Shown: piece by piece, positions 48,093 through 50,155 of the stretch
Numbering within the stretch: position 1 is the stretch's first letter
Layout of the letters: every line of letters begins with the position of its first letter
Source: Candidatus Zhuqueibacterota bacterium
GTDB taxonomy: Bacteria; Zhuqueibacterota; Zhuqueibacteria; Zhuqueibacterales; Geothermadaptataceae
Length of the DNA: 50,155 nt
Direction: 5' to 3'
Assembly (NCBI GenBank): GCA_015491485.1
Contig: WFVT01000032.1
Location: 1-50,155 of the forward strand
Made by a program: the position numbers and the translations under genes
Notes under the pieces: generated by a model
Seen by the model: only the letters and a program-made list of their open reading frames with translations
Database searches by the model: none
Told to the model about the DNA's origin: nothing

Positions 48093-48647
48093 TTATTTCA
48101 CCAGGACCACCGCCGTGCTCGTGAGCTGGGGGGTAATATCGAGGCCGAGGAGCTGCATGGCCTTCGAATTGACATGCACTTTGATCTGGTCTGCGCTTTT
48201 TTCGGCGAATAATGTGGCGCCTTTTTGCACCATTTCCGAATCAGGGGCAATCAGCATCACGCGGGAAGACACGGCTTCTTTGATCAAATATCGGCGTGCA
48301 GAAGGATGTGTCAGAGCGGCATCCGGGAATATCCATACCACCTCAGCGCCTTGAATATTGACCAGATAGCGAAAGTTTTTCAGAACATTTTTCAGTTCCC
48401 GGGTGTCTTTAATGATAATCTTAACCTGCAGTTGGGCGCTGATTCGGGCGAGACGTTCCGGCAGGTCGCCCCGTTTGGATAAATCGCAGAGAATACCGAT
48501 TTTTCGAATCTGTGGATTGAGTTGTTTGAGAATGAAGACTTGCTGCAGCGGGGTAAGCCGGATTTTATTCACCCGGTCACCGGCCGACCAACCGGTGGCG
48601 GATAAGCTGATGATGACAAGGCTGCATGTCAAAAATTTAATCAACAT
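48093..48647 (-). CDS. Secreted protein resembling a half ABC substrate-binding (PF04392-like) / YfiR-like domain
   Basis: AGGAG RBS, signal peptide, IRKIGIL, VWIFPD, MVQKGA, VHVNSKAMQLLGLDI. Confidence 0.6.
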   Translation of the reverse strand: MLIKFLTCSLVIISLSATGWSAGDRVNKIRLTPLQQVFILKQLNPQIRKIGILCDLSKRGDLPERLARISAQLQVKIIIKDTRELKNVLKNFRYLVNIQGAEVVWIFPDAALTHPSARRYLIKEAVSSRVMLIAPDSEMVQKGATLFAEKSADQIKVHVNSKAMQLLGLDITPQLTSTAVVLVK

Positions 48648-49210
48648 GAATCGTGCTCCTGCTCTCTGGGTTGCCCCCGACTGCAACCTGATATATGCTG
48701 CCGGCTCAATAAGAAGTGTCTCCCTCCTCCGGAGACATGAATAACACCGAGACATCAGAAAATTTCCACAACCGACAGCGCAACAAGTGAAGATTCTTTT
48801 ATGAGTGAGACCTGTACAAATCTGTCGTTATGTTTCAAGAGCGGGTGTCCGGTAGCGCGTTGCGTCCGGTGCTTATCCCACGATAAAAACGGCTGAATAT
48901 TCGGATGATTGAAATTGAATTTAAGGAACACTCTCATTGATCACGGGCAAAGCCGGGCCATTTTCCATAAAGTGCTATTTCTTGAATCGACTGGCTCAGA
49001 AAGAATCTTGAATTGGATTTAACCGTTTTTATCCGGAGGCGAAAGGTGGGGACGGCTCAGCCGCCAAAAGGACGGAGCCCCTTAGCGAAATGATTCTGAT
49101 GCCGATAATTTTATGGACTTCATGGCACTTATGGTAGCATGCAATTCTGCGTCGTTCCGGAATAGCCTGTAAAATCATTTTAGGAATACAGGATTTTCCC
49201 CACAAATGTA

Positions 49211-49238
49211 TTGACTGTTAGGACGGGAAGATTATATT
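49211..49238 (+). promoter_or_regulatory. sigma70-type promoter (TTGACT-N16-TATATT)
   Basis: -35/-10-like hexamers ~85 nt upstream of the transglycosylase ATG. Confidence 0.5.
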
Positions 49239-49323
49239 GTGGGAAGTTGATGAATTGGCGACCCATGGCGGAAAGGATGTCCACTGGAGAATGCAGTTTT
49301 GGGCAAGAACAAGGGATTGATGT

Positions 49324-50140
49324 ATGAGTAAACGACCTGTTTCAGGCCGTTATCGGGCTTTTGGATTTTGGATGGTGATGGTTTTTATGGTGGTGCCGCG
49401 GGCTGATGCGCAGACTCAGGCATTCGCCCGCTATGATCGGGCTTTTGCTGCAAAGTTCCCCCTACCGGAAGTTCTGGTCCCCAATGTGGAGTTTTGGAAG
49501 AAAATTTATGCGCAGTACTCCTACCACCAGGTTCTTATCCATGACGCCGAAGATCTTGACATTGTCTATGAGGTCGTGGATTTTCGCGATTTATTCCCCG
49601 ATCCTGAAAAAGTCAGCGACCGGAATAAGTGGAAGCGCATCGAGAAGATTAAAAAGCGCTATAAACGGAAGCTATACAATATGGCTGTAAAATTGCAACG
49701 TCGGCAGCCATTGAACGATGAAGAAAAACGGATCGTGGCCCTGTTTGGCGATCGCGCCACCCCGTATCGGCTTCGTCGGGCGGCGCGAAACATTCGCGGC
49801 CAAAGAGGAATGAAAGAGAAGTTTCATGAAGGGTTGGAACGGTCCGGGCTGTATTTCGATCATATCCGGGACATTTTCAAACGGTATGATTTGCCGGAAG
49901 AGCTGATCATGCTGCCGCATGTGGAATCATCGTTCAATTACAAGGCCTATTCCAAATATGGCGCTGCCGGCATCTGGCAATTCACCCGGGGCACCGGCCG
50001 GATGTTTCTGAAAATTACCTACGATGTCGATGAGCGCCTCGATCCGATTCTTTCGACGGAAGCGGCTGCGAAGTTGCTCAAGCGAAATTATCAGGAATTG
50101 CAATCGTGGCCGCTGGCGATCACCGCGTATAATCATGGCC
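49324..50140 (+). CDS. Lytic murein transglycosylase (MltD-like SLT domain), 3'-truncated
   Basis: Open frame from ATG 49324 to the contig end (not in the ORF track). NVEFWKKIY, LPHVESSF (catalytic Glu), GAAGIWQF, DERLDP, AITAYNHG. Confidence 0.9.
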
Positions 50141-50155
50141 CTGTCTCTTATACAC
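50141..50155 (+). other. Nextera/Tn5 mosaic-end adapter read-through (technical artefact)
   Basis: Terminal CTGTCTCTTATACAC equals the first 15 nt of CTGTCTCTTATACACATCT. Confidence 0.93.

Noticed and set aside
49030-49110. c-di-GMP-I riboswitch-like GAAAGGTGGGGACG
   Set aside because: Lacks the flanking GGCAAA and GCAAA elements and the P2 pairing.
1-50155. CRISPR arrays, tRNA/rRNA, transposases, integrases, selenocysteine read-through
   Set aside because: None recognised on reading. An automated scan (tRNAscan, CRISPR finder) was not possible.

Overview
Ordinary chromosomal window (no CRISPR, prophage, IS, rRNA or tRNA recognised) of a diderm bacterium. Gene content and protein style suggest an FCB-related lineage such as KSB1/Calditrichota (inference only). 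From start to end it holds: a PhoB/PhoR-like two-component pair and a STAS protein; a stand-alone dCache lipoprotein coupled to a hybrid kinase with Hpt; a fused E1alpha/beta 2-oxoacid dehydrogenase; an M28 peptidase; a MauG-type di-haem enzyme fused to a parallel beta-helix domain; Maf, asparaginase and aminopeptidase P; a TPR-DUF4292-GT2-GT4-GT2-flippase-YfhO glycosylation locus; a ~250-nt structured RNA with its own promoter ahead of PTS-IIA/PII-like/hisS; orphan receiver domains; spmAB, queD and yjbQ; a degenerate PP2C-TPR plus PilZ pair; ccmH-(Zn ribbon)-ccmABCD (ccmD is missing from the ORF track); a Cys-rich membrane protein-lgt-copA operon; and a truncated MltD-like transglycosylase ending in Nextera adapter sequence. 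The best leads are (i) the Tyr-ligated di-haem/beta-helix fusion, (ii) a probable Bacteroidota-style D-(S/T) protein O-glycosylation system, supported by sequon enrichment in exported proteins, (iii) the unassigned structured RNA, and (iv) the copper/Ccm cluster with two non-canonical Cys-rich CcmH-like domains.
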